Shown piece by piece: positions 10,260 through 19,585 of a stretch of DNA of 64,000 bases. The first letter of the stretch is position 1; each line of letters starts with the position of its first letter. Source of the DNA: Acidobacteriota bacterium (lineage in GTDB: Bacteria; Acidobacteriota; UBA6911); the NCBI GenBank assembly GCA_016934295.1, contig JAFGTD010000152.1, forward strand, positions 19,624-83,623, in the 5' to 3' direction. The position numbers were made by a program, and so were the translations under genes. Under the pieces are notes generated by a model, which made no database searches, was not told the origin of the DNA, and saw nothing but the letters and a program-made list of their open reading frames with translations.

Positions 10260-10832
10260 TTACAGTTGAACCACAAAATCAACGATGTAGACCTCTACGA
10301 CGCCAATTTCGGGTGATATCGCATTCACTCTTGTTTGAATCTGTTCGCGCAGTTTCTCTTTGCCCTGAGGCGTCAGTATCTGCTCCGCCGTTTTCGAGCT
10401 GAGCAGGGTAATAATGGAATCCCTCATCGCCGGTGTGGTCATTTCGATTTTTTTCTCATCCGGCTCTTCCGCCAAACCCAGTTGAAAAGAGGTCTTAACA
10501 AAACGCACTTCCTCTTTGTCGGCCAGATTTACCAGAAAAGGTTCCAGCGAGAGCGTAGCTTTGACATCCTTACGTGTCGACGGTGGCGCCTCTTCTTCCT
10601 GCTGTTCTTCAATAACCTCTCCTTTTTCGGATGCCACCCGGGCTTCCATAAAATACGGGAGGCCAAAAATCAAACCGGCGGCAATGACCAAAACCTGAGC
10701 CGCGATGATAATCCACAGTTTCTTCATTGTTCCCTTACCGGTTCTTCCCTTTTTGTTTTCAATAACAGGATTACTGTCCGCTTGTTGTTTATTCTCCGCC
10801 GCCTGTTTGTTTTTTTCATCCGGCGTGGCCAT
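10260..10832 (-). CDS. fliL: Flagellar basal-body-associated protein FliL
   Basis: Single TM segment plus the FliL domain (LEPFLVNL, SFQLGLAE, ITLLSSKTAEQI). The probable start is the ATG at 10832 (MATPDEK...), which has a GGAGGG Shine-Dalgarno sequence. The ORF track extends further to 10943. Confidence 0.75.
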   Translation of the reverse strand: MATPDEKNKQAAENKQQADSNPVIENKKGRTGKGTMKKLWIIIAAQVLVIAAGLIFGLPYFMEARVASEKGEVIEEQQEEEAPPSTRKDVKATLSLEPFLVNLADKEEVRFVKTSFQLGLAEEPDEKKIEMTTPAMRDSIITLLSSKTAEQILTPQGKEKLREQIQTRVNAISPEIGVVEVYIVDFVVQL

Positions 10833-10881
10833 TATTTGAACCCTCCAATATACATAATCCGCTCTACCGGAAATGAATGGA

Positions 10882-10897
10882 TGCAACTCACATGCCA
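10882..10897 (-). promoter_or_regulatory. Sigma54 (-24/-12) promoter for the fliL-fliM operon
   Basis: The minus strand reads TGGCAT-GTGAG-TTGCA, a full match to the YTGGCAY-N5-TTGCW consensus. It lies about 50 nt upstream of the fliL ATG. Confidence 0.55.
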
Positions 10898-11036
10898 CTT
10901 GTGCAGAAATTCTTTTTACGGCGAAGCTTTCCCTGAATTTCAAGGAAAAGGGGCGGAAATTCGGAGGTTGGAAGGATTAAAGAATTTCCAGGGAGGGAAA
11001 ATGGAAGAAAAAAACGTGCTTTTGTGTCAAATCATC

Positions 11037-12230
11037 TCATGCGTTTGACAAAATCCTGACTTTTTCCTCGGAAGATTCATTTTCGTCGTTGAAACAGACC
11101 CGATTTTTTCCGGATCGCTTTGCTCTGTACAAAGCATCGTCTGCTCTCCTGATTATACGCCGCGCGTCCAGGCGATCGAAAATGGTACAGGAAGTGATTC
11201 CAATGCTTATCGTAATACGCACCTTTGCGGACGGAAGGGTAAATGCATGGGACATAAAATTGGATCGGAGATTCTCGGCGGCACGATAGGCTCCAGCGCC
11301 GTTGGTTCTAGGCAAAAGCACGGTGAACTCTTCCCCTCCGTATCGGGCAATAAAATCCGATTTTCTCAAGGATTGACAAAGTAGCTTCCCTGTCTGTTTT
11401 AGTACATCATCGCCCGCCTGATGTCCGTACCGGTCGTTAATCGATTTAAAATCATCGATATCGATCATAAAACAGCTGAAAACTTCTCCATAGCGCCTTG
11501 CTCGCGCAATTTCCATATCGAGTTGCTCCAGCAGTCTCCGCTTATTATAAAGACCGGTGGATTCATCTGTGTGGGCCAGCTGCTTTAATTTTTCGTTCAA
11601 CTGGGACAGGCGTTGATCGTGGTCTTTCAACCGGGCATTTGCCGATGCAAGTTCCTGCCTTGTCAGGATATTATCCAGCGAGGCGGATAGATGGGTCGCT
11701 ACGATGGTTCCGAGATGGTACTCGATTTCATCCAGGCGATCGGGTCGGTTGGAGGTCATTTCCAGGCATCCGATCACCTTTCCTCTCGCCCAAAAAGGGA
11801 TAATAAGGATTGACCTCGGAAGGCTTTCGGTGTTCGCGCGAAACAGTTTTCCTTTTTTATCGGATGCCTTTGTGTCCGGTATCCATAAACGCGTCCCGGA
11901 TTTCAGAACACTGCCGGCCATACCGTGCGTAATCGGCACATAATTTTCCAGCTTTGGAACCGGCGCGCCCGAAAGACATAATCTTCTGTAGTGCGATCCT
12001 TCAACTATGCAAAGCCGTGTCTGTTCGTCGTGAAAGCATTCCTGAAAATATTCACCCAGAAAATCATGAAGCTGATCAACACTTTTTGCCGAACCCATTA
12101 ACCCGGACAGGTTATTTATAGCCAGGAGCCGGCGATAAAGTTCTATCGCCCGCTCCTGTGGCGGCACGGTCTGTCGAAGCAGATCAAGGAGGTTTTTGCC
12201 CTGTGTAATGGGTGTTGCCGCGATTGCCAT
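11037..12230 (-). CDS. GAF-GGDEF diguanylate cyclase
   Basis: 397 aa. N-terminal GAF-like domain. C-terminal GGDEF domain with an intact GGEEF active site and an RxxD I-site (RKSD). Confidence 0.85.
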   Translation of the reverse strand: MAIAATPITQGKNLLDLLRQTVPPQERAIELYRRLLAINNLSGLMGSAKSVDQLHDFLGEYFQECFHDEQTRLCIVEGSHYRRLCLSGAPVPKLENYVPITHGMAGSVLKSGTRLWIPDTKASDKKGKLFRANTESLPRSILIIPFWARGKVIGCLEMTSNRPDRLDEIEYHLGTIVATHLSASLDNILTRQELASANARLKDHDQRLSQLNEKLKQLAHTDESTGLYNKRRLLEQLDMEIARARRYGEVFSCFMIDIDDFKSINDRYGHQAGDDVLKQTGKLLCQSLRKSDFIARYGGEEFTVLLPRTNGAGAYRAAENLRSNFMSHAFTLPSAKVRITISIGITSCTIFDRLDARRIIRRADDALYRAKRSGKNRVCFNDENESSEEKVRILSNA

Positions 12231-12317
12231 AGGATTCCCTTTAGTCCATGACGGTAAAACGCGTCATCCCTTTCAATTTGTAAGGCATAGGGTAATTCCT
12301 ATTCAGTCAGCCCCAAA

Positions 12318-13565
12318 CTACCGTTTGATGTTAATGGATTCCTGGTACAGCTCATCCGTTGTTGTAATGATTCGTGTATTGGCTTGATAGGCTCGTTGGG
12401 CCGCGATAAGATTGACAAATTCCTGTGCCATATCAACGTTGGATTGCTCCAGCGACGAACCGGATATGGTGCCTCGCCCTCCAGTCCCGGCAGCCCCGAT
12501 AGAAGGCTCCCCGGAACTCGGGAATGAAATGAAAGTGCTTCCCTTATACTTCTGCAAGCCCTGGATATTTGGAAAATCCGCCAATGCCAACTGCGCGAGC
12601 GTTACCGACTGACCTGTTTCCGACTTTCCGATTATGACTCCACTGCTGTCAATGGTAATATCCGTCAAGACACTGGCTGCGCTTCCATCCTGGGTGGTGG
12701 TGGACACACCGGAGTCCCGGTCAAAGTTGGTTATAAGACCATTCCCGTCCGCGTCCCATAATCCCAACGTTACCGCCATATCGGAAGCTCCGTTCGCCAA
12801 ACCGTTAATGTTAAGAGCCGGGTTCCCCGCCGGTGCGGTCAGATTTGCATTGCTGTCAAAGGTCAGATTTCCGTTTCCAATAACAACCGGCGGATCTGCA
12901 GCAGCGCCTCCTGTATCAACTGCCGGTATCGTGGCCTCCCAACTCCAGTTAAGAGCGGCCGTATTTGTATACTCAACCGTGACGGCATGCGCCGATCCAA
13001 GCGAATCATAAACCTGTACCGTGGTAGCATACGTATCCCCGGCCTGGGCACTCGCATCCAGATTGGCAAGGATTTCAAGACTCGTCGTCGCCCGGGCCGG
13101 CAGGATCTGCCCTTTTTGTATTTCAATCGGCTCCAATGCCCCGGAACTATTTACCTGGCCGTTCACGGCCATATAGCCCAGAATATCAAACCCGTCCGAA
13201 TGGATTAGACCTCCATCCTGGTTCCATTCAAATTTACCCGACCGCGTAAAACCCATACCGCCTTCGACTGATACGACAAAAAATCCGTTCTGGTTAATGG
13301 CTGCATCCGTCGAGTTCCCGGTGCTGATTACCGTACCCTGTGTCGTCATTCTTGAAAGGCCGTTCAAAGTGCTGCCGAGTCCGACGGAAATAGGATTTCC
13401 CGTTTCGCTCGTTCCCTGGACGCCGGCCAACAACTCACTGAAATTCGCCTTACTTGACTTAAAACCCACGGTATTCATATTGGCAAGGTTGTCTCCGATG
13501 ACGTTGATTGCCGTGCTGTTGTTGTTGAGACCGGTCAAGGCCGTGTAAAAAGAAGTTAAAGCCAT
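12318..13565 (-). CDS. flgE: Flagellar hook protein FlgE
   Basis: 415 aa. N-terminal rod/hook motif (MALTSFYTALTGLNNNSTAINVIGDNLANMNT) and C-terminal (QEFVNLIAAQRAYQANTRIITT). Confidence 0.9.
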   Translation of the reverse strand: MALTSFYTALTGLNNNSTAINVIGDNLANMNTVGFKSSKANFSELLAGVQGTSETGNPISVGLGSTLNGLSRMTTQGTVISTGNSTDAAINQNGFFVVSVEGGMGFTRSGKFEWNQDGGLIHSDGFDILGYMAVNGQVNSSGALEPIEIQKGQILPARATTSLEILANLDASAQAGDTYATTVQVYDSLGSAHAVTVEYTNTAALNWSWEATIPAVDTGGAAADPPVVIGNGNLTFDSNANLTAPAGNPALNINGLANGASDMAVTLGLWDADGNGLITNFDRDSGVSTTTQDGSAASVLTDITIDSSGVIIGKSETGQSVTLAQLALADFPNIQGLQKYKGSTFISFPSSGEPSIGAAGTGGRGTISGSSLEQSNVDMAQEFVNLIAAQRAYQANTRIITTTDELYQESINIKR

Positions 13566-13644
13566 TTTTTTCTCCTGGTCCGGATTAACCGGATTATTGG
13601 GTTATTCAATTGGAGCGACGGACGGTTTAACGTCCAATCGATTT

Positions 13645-13920
13645 TTAATCGGCTGAGTTATCATCACCAGCGCTGCTCATTGCGCTCGTCAGTTCGGCAA
13701 TGCCGTCGTTAATGGATATGAGTTGTTCCAGTGAACTGAAAGTTGCCAATTGTGCAAGAAACTGCTGATTATCCACAGGATTCATCGGATCCTGATTTTG
13801 GAGCTGGGCAACCAAAAGCTGTAGAAACTCATTTTTGCTGATATCCGAGCTGGATTGATTTGTGGATTCGGTGCCGGGAAACTGAGTTCCCGGCTGCGAC
13901 ACTTCACTCACGTAACTCAT
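13645..13920 (-). CDS. flgD: Hook-cap / rod modification protein FlgD, short form (N-terminal domain only)
   Basis: 91 aa. FLQLLVAQLQNQDPMNPVDNQQFLAQLATFSSLEQ matches the FlgD N-terminal domain. No Tudor or Ig-like C-terminal domain is present. Confidence 0.7.
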   Translation of the reverse strand: MSYVSEVSQPGTQFPGTESTNQSSSDISKNEFLQLLVAQLQNQDPMNPVDNQQFLAQLATFSSLEQLISINDGIAELTSAMSSAGDDNSAD

Positions 13921-14029
13921 TTATTATTTCCTTTGAATCCTTCGACGTTGAAATGCAAGCATGTGACAAATCCTGATCACCGCACTTGCCCGAACGGAAC
14001 ATGCGTTCAGGTTTACTGCATTTTTCTAT

Positions 14030-14046
14030 TGCATATTCCGTGCCAG
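14030..14046 (-). promoter_or_regulatory. Sigma54 (-24/-12) promoter for flgD-flgE
   Basis: The minus strand reads CTGGCACG-GAAT-ATGCA. It lies about 110 nt upstream of flgD, between fliK and flgD. Confidence 0.5.
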
Positions 14047-14158
14047 ATATCGAGGCGTATGGATAAAACATATATCTCTTTTATAATCAACACCTGCCTC
14101 CATATGCCTTCCCGCCTCCGCCGCTATAGAATCTGTGCAAAAATTGCCTATGGGAAAA

Positions 14159-15955
14159 TTATGCAACGGTATGAAACCGCCCATCCTGGCTGAAACCTGC
14201 CGTGTCGGCATTGTCGGGAATTGTATCTTCCGGCGAATTTTCGTTTCCACCGAAGTTCCGGCGCGACCCTTTTTCGTTCTGCCCCGAACTGGAATGTCCG
14301 GATTTTGAGAAATGTCCGGCGTTTGACTGGGAATCGAAGAAATCCTGAAGCATCACCTGGATACGATCCACTTTCAATCCCAATTCCTGAAGGTTCTGTT
14401 GCAGAATATGAAGGTTGTTTTCCAGTATGCTCTTTACGCTTCCGGTTTCGGTCGAGATTCGCACGGCCATTCCCCTGGCTGTGGATTCAGCCCTGATTTC
14501 CATATGGCCGAACTCATCCGGATGCAGTCGGATACGGACTGCATCCCCACCGTCCCGAATCAGAAAATGAATCCGTTCGGTTACCCGGGATAAAAATTCA
14601 TCGGAATGGGGCGCAACCGTTTTTACGGTGTTCGTCCCTAGGGGTGTGGTGGATGCTGATACATGCGTCGAGCCTGCGGAAACATGAGCAGACGTCCCGG
14701 TCGGTTCACTTACATGAACGCCTTTTACCGGATTCGCATCCTTTCCTGCAACCGCCAAGGATATATCCCCGTTGACTTGAAACGTTTTCGCGGTTGCCGT
14801 CCGACCTGAATTATTCCCGGATTCGTCGTTGTCTCCGCTTGACGAAGCATTCCCGGCGGGTGTCTTTGTTGAAGTTCCGTTACCGGCAAATTCGGGCACC
14901 TGGAAAAAACCGTTCTTTCGGACAGTATCCTGATGTTTTATCGAATCTCCGACAGGCGTTTGTTTATCCCCGGAGGGATCGGATTTCTTTCGGAATACAT
15001 TTTCTGATTCCAATGCACCCGGTTCCGCATTTTCATGCTCCGTGCTGAACGATTGAATCGCTTTTTTCAGACCGGATTCTTCCGCGGATGCATTCAAACT
15101 TGACCGAAGGTTATCCATCGTAAAATTTGAACCGGCATCATCTGAAATTCCGGCGCCGGTTCTGCCGTTGTCAGCGTATTGTGTCGACGGCGCAAAAGAT
15201 GCTTCCCGGGCAGCTCGACCCGAAGTGAAATCCGATTCCGCAAAATTTCTTTGAAATTTGCCTGAATCGCCTGAAACAGAAATTTCTCCAACGGCTTTGC
15301 CTCCCTGTGTCGAATCTTCGGATCTTTGCCCTCTTTCAATGCCCTTCGTAAAATCGGCCTGCGTTCGACCATTCTGCAATTTCGAATCCGATGCAGCTCG
15401 AATACCGGCCTTTCCGGATTCTATATCCGATTCTTCAACTTTCAGCTGCAGATGAGCAGGCTTGCCGTCGGGACCGGACAGTGTTTGGGTATCCGCTTCT
15501 TTCGAAGCGGAAGTCTCTGTAGCCGTTCTCCCGTTTCTTTCGGTCTTATCCTGAACGTATTGCTTGGAAAAATTGTCTGCGTTTTCTGTTTTCGAACCGC
15601 TGGTTGTCCCGGAATGACCTTCTCGCATCCGCACTTCAGAACTTCCCTGTCTATCCCCGACCTCTTTTTCGGGATCGATATTCACTTGCGGATCCCCGTC
15701 ATTCCGGTCGGAAACATCGGACTCAATTCCATGTACGCTCGCGTTCGACATGGAACCTGTTGCATCATCGTCGGATTCATCGTAATCGGATCGGGAGTAT
15801 CCGCCGCCAATGCCGCCTTTTTCATCGTTCCGATGCAGAATCCTACTCATCTGAATTGAAAATGGGATAATCGCTTCATGGCCCGGCTGTCCGGCCGATT
15901 TGGCGGGCGCGTTTGCGCCGGTCTGGGATACATTCATCGGAAGGTTGACTTTCAT
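14159..15955 (-). CDS. fliK: Flagellar hook-length control protein FliK (Ser/Gly/Thr-rich)
   Basis: 598 aa. A low-complexity S/G/T/D-rich N-terminal two-thirds is followed by a conserved C-terminal Flg_hook domain (VRIRLHPDEFGHMEIRAESTARGMAVRISTETGSVKSILENNLHILQQNLQELG). Confidence 0.7.
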   Translation of the reverse strand: MKVNLPMNVSQTGANAPAKSAGQPGHEAIIPFSIQMSRILHRNDEKGGIGGGYSRSDYDESDDDATGSMSNASVHGIESDVSDRNDGDPQVNIDPEKEVGDRQGSSEVRMREGHSGTTSGSKTENADNFSKQYVQDKTERNGRTATETSASKEADTQTLSGPDGKPAHLQLKVEESDIESGKAGIRAASDSKLQNGRTQADFTKGIERGQRSEDSTQGGKAVGEISVSGDSGKFQRNFAESDFTSGRAAREASFAPSTQYADNGRTGAGISDDAGSNFTMDNLRSSLNASAEESGLKKAIQSFSTEHENAEPGALESENVFRKKSDPSGDKQTPVGDSIKHQDTVRKNGFFQVPEFAGNGTSTKTPAGNASSSGDNDESGNNSGRTATAKTFQVNGDISLAVAGKDANPVKGVHVSEPTGTSAHVSAGSTHVSASTTPLGTNTVKTVAPHSDEFLSRVTERIHFLIRDGGDAVRIRLHPDEFGHMEIRAESTARGMAVRISTETGSVKSILENNLHILQQNLQELGLKVDRIQVMLQDFFDSQSNAGHFSKSGHSSSGQNEKGSRRNFGGNENSPEDTIPDNADTAGFSQDGRFHTVA

Positions 15956-15970
15956 AGGATGTGTGCCTTT

Positions 15971-16438
15971 TTATGATATTTGTCTTTGCAAAGATTGCCT
16001 CTCGGCTGCATACCTCGCAGCAACCCATTCCTCCACTTCCTTCTGTTCTTTTTTGTCCTGGGCGATATTAAATTCTTTTTTTCGTTTCGCTCTAAGGATG
16101 GAGATTACTTTTCGCTTTTTCACGGCTTCGACAACAACTTTTTTCTGCTCCTGAATTTCGGAATTCAGTTTCATCAGCCGTTTTTCGTTTTCTTCAATTT
16201 CATGGAACAACCTGCTCATATACAGCCGGAACCATTCAAGGTCCCCGGCCTCAGGATTTTCTGCCTGCTTGAGGGACATTTGCAGCATCGTTTCGCGGCG
16301 TTTCTGTTCGAGTGTATCCCTTTGACGAAGCGCGAGTTGATAGAAATAGGCGATCCTCAACAACGCATCCCGCTCTTTCTGTTCGATATTCTCTCTGTGT
16401 TTCAGTAAGACTTCCAGGTTGAATCTGAATTTCGCCAA
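15971..16438 (-). CDS. fliJ: Flagellar export chaperone FliJ
   Basis: 155-aa charged coiled-coil protein located between fliI and fliK. Confidence 0.7.
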   Translation of the reverse strand: MAKFRFNLEVLLKHRENIEQKERDALLRIAYFYQLALRQRDTLEQKRRETMLQMSLKQAENPEAGDLEWFRLYMSRLFHEIEENEKRLMKLNSEIQEQKKVVVEAVKKRKVISILRAKRKKEFNIAQDKKEQKEVEEWVAARYAAERQSLQRQIS

Positions 16439-16442
16439 GGCG

Positions 16443-17807
16443 TCAATCCTTTGTCATTTCTTCCAGAGATGTGAATGCATTATCCATGTTTTCCCGTTCG
16501 TCGCTCCTTTGAACGAGGTAAGAATTTATGCAATCGATCTTTTCCAGGGCTACGTCTATTTTGGGATTGCTGCCTTTCGCATAAGCCCCTATATTGATCA
16601 TATCCTCGGCTTTGTTGTAGGTTGCGAGCCATTCACGGATTTTTCCGGCCTCCTGGAGATATTCCGGAGTTACCAGTTCCGGCATCAAACGACTTATGCT
16701 GGATAATACATCGATACACGGATAATGATTCTTCCAGGCAAGTTCCCGGCTCAGTACGATATGACCGTCGAGAAGGGAGCGAACGGCATCGGAGACAGGC
16801 TCCGTCATGTCATCCCCCTCAACCAGGACAGTATAAAATCCGGTAATACTCCCTCCGGACGTAAAGTTGCCGGCACGCTCCAATAATTTCGGGAGCATGG
16901 AAAAAACCGAAGGCGTATAGCCCTTCGACGCGGGAGGTTCTCCCGCAGCCAGCCCGACTTCACGCTGGGCCATCGCAAATCTCGTCACGGAATCCATAAC
17001 AAGGAGTACGTTTTTCCCCTGATCACGGAAATATTCGGCTATTGTAGTTGCGGCAAGCGCCGCGCGAATCCGAAGGAGCGGAGGTTGATCGGAGGTTGAA
17101 ACAACTACAACGGATCTTTTAAGTCCCTCATCGCCCAGATCTTTTTCAATGAAGCCGCGAACTTCCCGACCGCGCTCTCCAACAAGGCCGATAACAATGA
17201 CTTCGGCTGAAGTGTAGCGGGCCATCATTCCCAATAAGGTGCTTTTACCGACTCCGCTGCCTCCGAATATACCAATGCGCTGCCCCTTGCCGCAGGTCAA
17301 CAGACCGTCGATGGTCCGCACACCCGTTCCCAGAGGTTCTTTGATGTTTTTACGTTCGAGAGGATTTGTTTCCAACGGATGGACGGGATAGGCTACCGTA
17401 CTTTCAATCCTGCCTTTATCATCAATCGGCTCCCCAAAAGCGTTTACAACCCTTCCCAGCAGGGAATCTGAAACAGCGATGGTTGCCTTGGGCTTCCGGC
17501 TGCAAATCCTGTCTCCCAGCTTTACGCCGTCCACTTTGTACAGCGGCATGGAAATAACATAATTGTCGCGAAATCCGACCACCTCTGCGGGGATACTGCC
17601 TCCTGAAGGACCGTTGCCGGTAATTTCACATAACTCCCCGACCGAAACCGGGGGACCGATAGACTCTACGACAAGCCCGACAGCCCGCTTAACGGTGCCG
17701 ATCGTCTTTATCGGATTGCATTGTTCAAGCTTTTGAAAATATTTCTCAAGGTTGAGATCCTGGCCGGCCATGTAACTATTCCATATCCCCGAAAAAGGCA
17801 TTTTCAA
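16443..17807 (-). CDS. fliI: Flagellum-specific ATPase FliI
   Basis: Walker A motif GGSGVGKST and an F1/T3SS ATPase fold. The true start may be the internal Met at 17771, which would remove the 32-nt overlap with fliH. Confidence 0.9.
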   Translation of the reverse strand: MKMPFSGIWNSYMAGQDLNLEKYFQKLEQCNPIKTIGTVKRAVGLVVESIGPPVSVGELCEITGNGPSGGSIPAEVVGFRDNYVISMPLYKVDGVKLGDRICSRKPKATIAVSDSLLGRVVNAFGEPIDDKGRIESTVAYPVHPLETNPLERKNIKEPLGTGVRTIDGLLTCGKGQRIGIFGGSGVGKSTLLGMMARYTSAEVIVIGLVGERGREVRGFIEKDLGDEGLKRSVVVVSTSDQPPLLRIRAALAATTIAEYFRDQGKNVLLVMDSVTRFAMAQREVGLAAGEPPASKGYTPSVFSMLPKLLERAGNFTSGGSITGFYTVLVEGDDMTEPVSDAVRSLLDGHIVLSRELAWKNHYPCIDVLSSISRLMPELVTPEYLQEAGKIREWLATYNKAEDMINIGAYAKGSNPKIDVALEKIDCINSYLVQRSDERENMDNAFTSLEEMTKD

Positions 17808-18465
17808 CTTCGCGAAATTTCTCTCCTATGCGTGCATCAATGTCGCCGCAGCTTGTCTCCACCAGACAGCCTCCCTGTTCGATGGAATTATCAGACTGGA
17901 GGGAAACATCACACCCTTCGGCTTTCGCCACTGCCGCACCCCGTTCCATCAGAAATTTGTAATCCATGGGATTGAGGCGCACCGTAACGGATGCTTTTTC
18001 CGTAACGCGGGAAAGCGCGACACGAACGAGTGCCTGGATAATGTTTTGATCTGCCTGGATTTCACGTTTGACGATTTTTTTTGCAATCTCTATAGCCAGC
18101 CTGACGACTTCTCTTTCTGTCCGGGAATATAAGAAAGACTTTATGCGGCCGATTTCCTCAAGGGAATCCGCGTATCTTTTCATAACGGATTCCATTTCCT
18201 TAGCGGCTTCTTCCCTTGCAGCGATTTCACCCTGATGAAATCCTTTTTGATAGGCTTCACTTTCAAGTTTTTCGGTATCGATCTCCGGATCGACCGTTGC
18301 TATTTCCGGGGAATCAACCTCCGTGGTAACAGCCCGAATGCCTGGAATATCGCCTGCCTGCTCCATCTCAACGCTGGGAGAGAAAGCCTGAAAATCTTCC
18401 TTAAACAGGAAGTGCCTGATTCCCATGGCGCGTTTCGTGCCCTGCTTGATAAGTTTTGAGGTCAT
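17776..18465 (-). CDS. fliH: Flagellar assembly protein FliH
   Basis: 229 aa, acidic with a coiled coil, located between fliG and fliI. Confidence 0.7.
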   Translation of the reverse strand: MTSKLIKQGTKRAMGIRHFLFKEDFQAFSPSVEMEQAGDIPGIRAVTTEVDSPEIATVDPEIDTEKLESEAYQKGFHQGEIAAREEAAKEMESVMKRYADSLEEIGRIKSFLYSRTEREVVRLAIEIAKKIVKREIQADQNIIQALVRVALSRVTEKASVTVRLNPMDYKFLMERGAAVAKAEGCDVSLQSDNSIEQGGCLVETSCGDIDARIGEKFREVENAFFGDME

Positions 18466-18568
18466 TGGAACCGACTTACTGGAATTAACTGCTTATGGAT
18501 AAATGTTCCGAAGGGCCGCAGATTCCATTTCAGTTACAGTTAAATGGAATCACTTCATTGCAGCGGGA

Positions 18569-19582
18569 TCAGGTTATATATTCATCGCCGCTGCCGCCTT
18601 TAAGGCTGATAACACCGCTCTCGTCAAGCTTTCGGACAATGCTGACTATCTGTTGCTGGGATGTCTCTACATCCCGCACCTTGACGGGCCCCAGAACTTC
18701 CATATCTTCTTTCATCATTTCCACAGCCCGTCCGGACATGTTCCTGAAAAACTGATTCCGCAGTTCTTCGCTTGTTCCTTTCAATGCGATCGTCAGAGTC
18801 TTTTTATCGACTCGCTGGAGAATCTCCCGCATGCCGGCGTCGTCAATCAGCATGACATCGTCAAATACAAACATCAAATTTCTTATACTCAGCGCCAATG
18901 CGGGATTTTCACCCTCTATCTTTTCAAGAATCGCCCCGGCGGACTTGGTTTCCATCCTGTTTATCAACTCCGCGACCGCTCGAATTCCACCGTAGGATTC
19001 CCGGCTAAAGTCACCGAGGGATCTCAACTTCTGTTCAAGAATCGAGGTAATCTTATTAATGACATCCGGAGAAATCTGCTCCAGATTTGCCATTCGCATA
19101 ACAACATCGGCCCGAAGCGAGGTCGGCAACGATCCAAGGAGAGCGGCGGCCTGAGAGGAATTCAGATGGGCCAGCACAAGGGCGATGGTCTGTGGCTGCT
19201 CGGATTGTATGAATTTTGAGAGCTGTACCGGGTCCGCCTTCTGCAGGTTGTCAAATCCGACGATGTCGTTCTGCATTGAGATATTGAGATAATCCAGCAA
19301 TTTCTTTGAAGAATCAGCCCCGAAAGCCTTGACCAGGATTTTTTTAGCGAATTCAGGGCCGCCGCGCGCGAGGAAGGATTGTGCCAGGGTCAACCGGTAA
19401 AATTCCTCCATTACTTCATCCGCGACTTCCGTATCGATTTCACCCAGTCGTGAAATCTCTTTGCTTATATCCTGGATTTCGTCTTCCTGCATATAACGGA
19501 AGACGCCTGCGCTCGCCTCATCTCCCATCAACACGAGTAAGATCGCCGCTTTTCTTGCACCTGGTATTCGAGAATGTGGCAC
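18569..19582 (-). CDS. fliG: Flagellar motor switch protein FliG
   Basis: 337 aa. N-terminus AAILLVLMGDEASAGVFRYM, middle and C-terminal FliG domains. Confidence 0.9.
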   Translation of the reverse strand: MPHSRIPGARKAAILLVLMGDEASAGVFRYMQEDEIQDISKEISRLGEIDTEVADEVMEEFYRLTLAQSFLARGGPEFAKKILVKAFGADSSKKLLDYLNISMQNDIVGFDNLQKADPVQLSKFIQSEQPQTIALVLAHLNSSQAAALLGSLPTSLRADVVMRMANLEQISPDVINKITSILEQKLRSLGDFSRESYGGIRAVAELINRMETKSAGAILEKIEGENPALALSIRNLMFVFDDVMLIDDAGMREILQRVDKKTLTIALKGTSEELRNQFFRNMSGRAVEMMKEDMEVLGPVKVRDVETSQQQIVSIVRKLDESGVISLKGGSGDEYIT

Positions 19583-19585
19583 CTT

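Noticed and set aside
10335-11048. 237-aa + strand ORF antisense to fliL. Similar long antisense ORFs include 18503-19219 opposite fliG, 26526-27155 opposite the response regulator, 53392-54198 opposite plsX and 56505-57032 opposite the cytochrome gene.
   Set aside because: Low-complexity, Arg/Phe-rich translations typical of the antisense frame of real genes. The opposite strand carries strongly supported genes.
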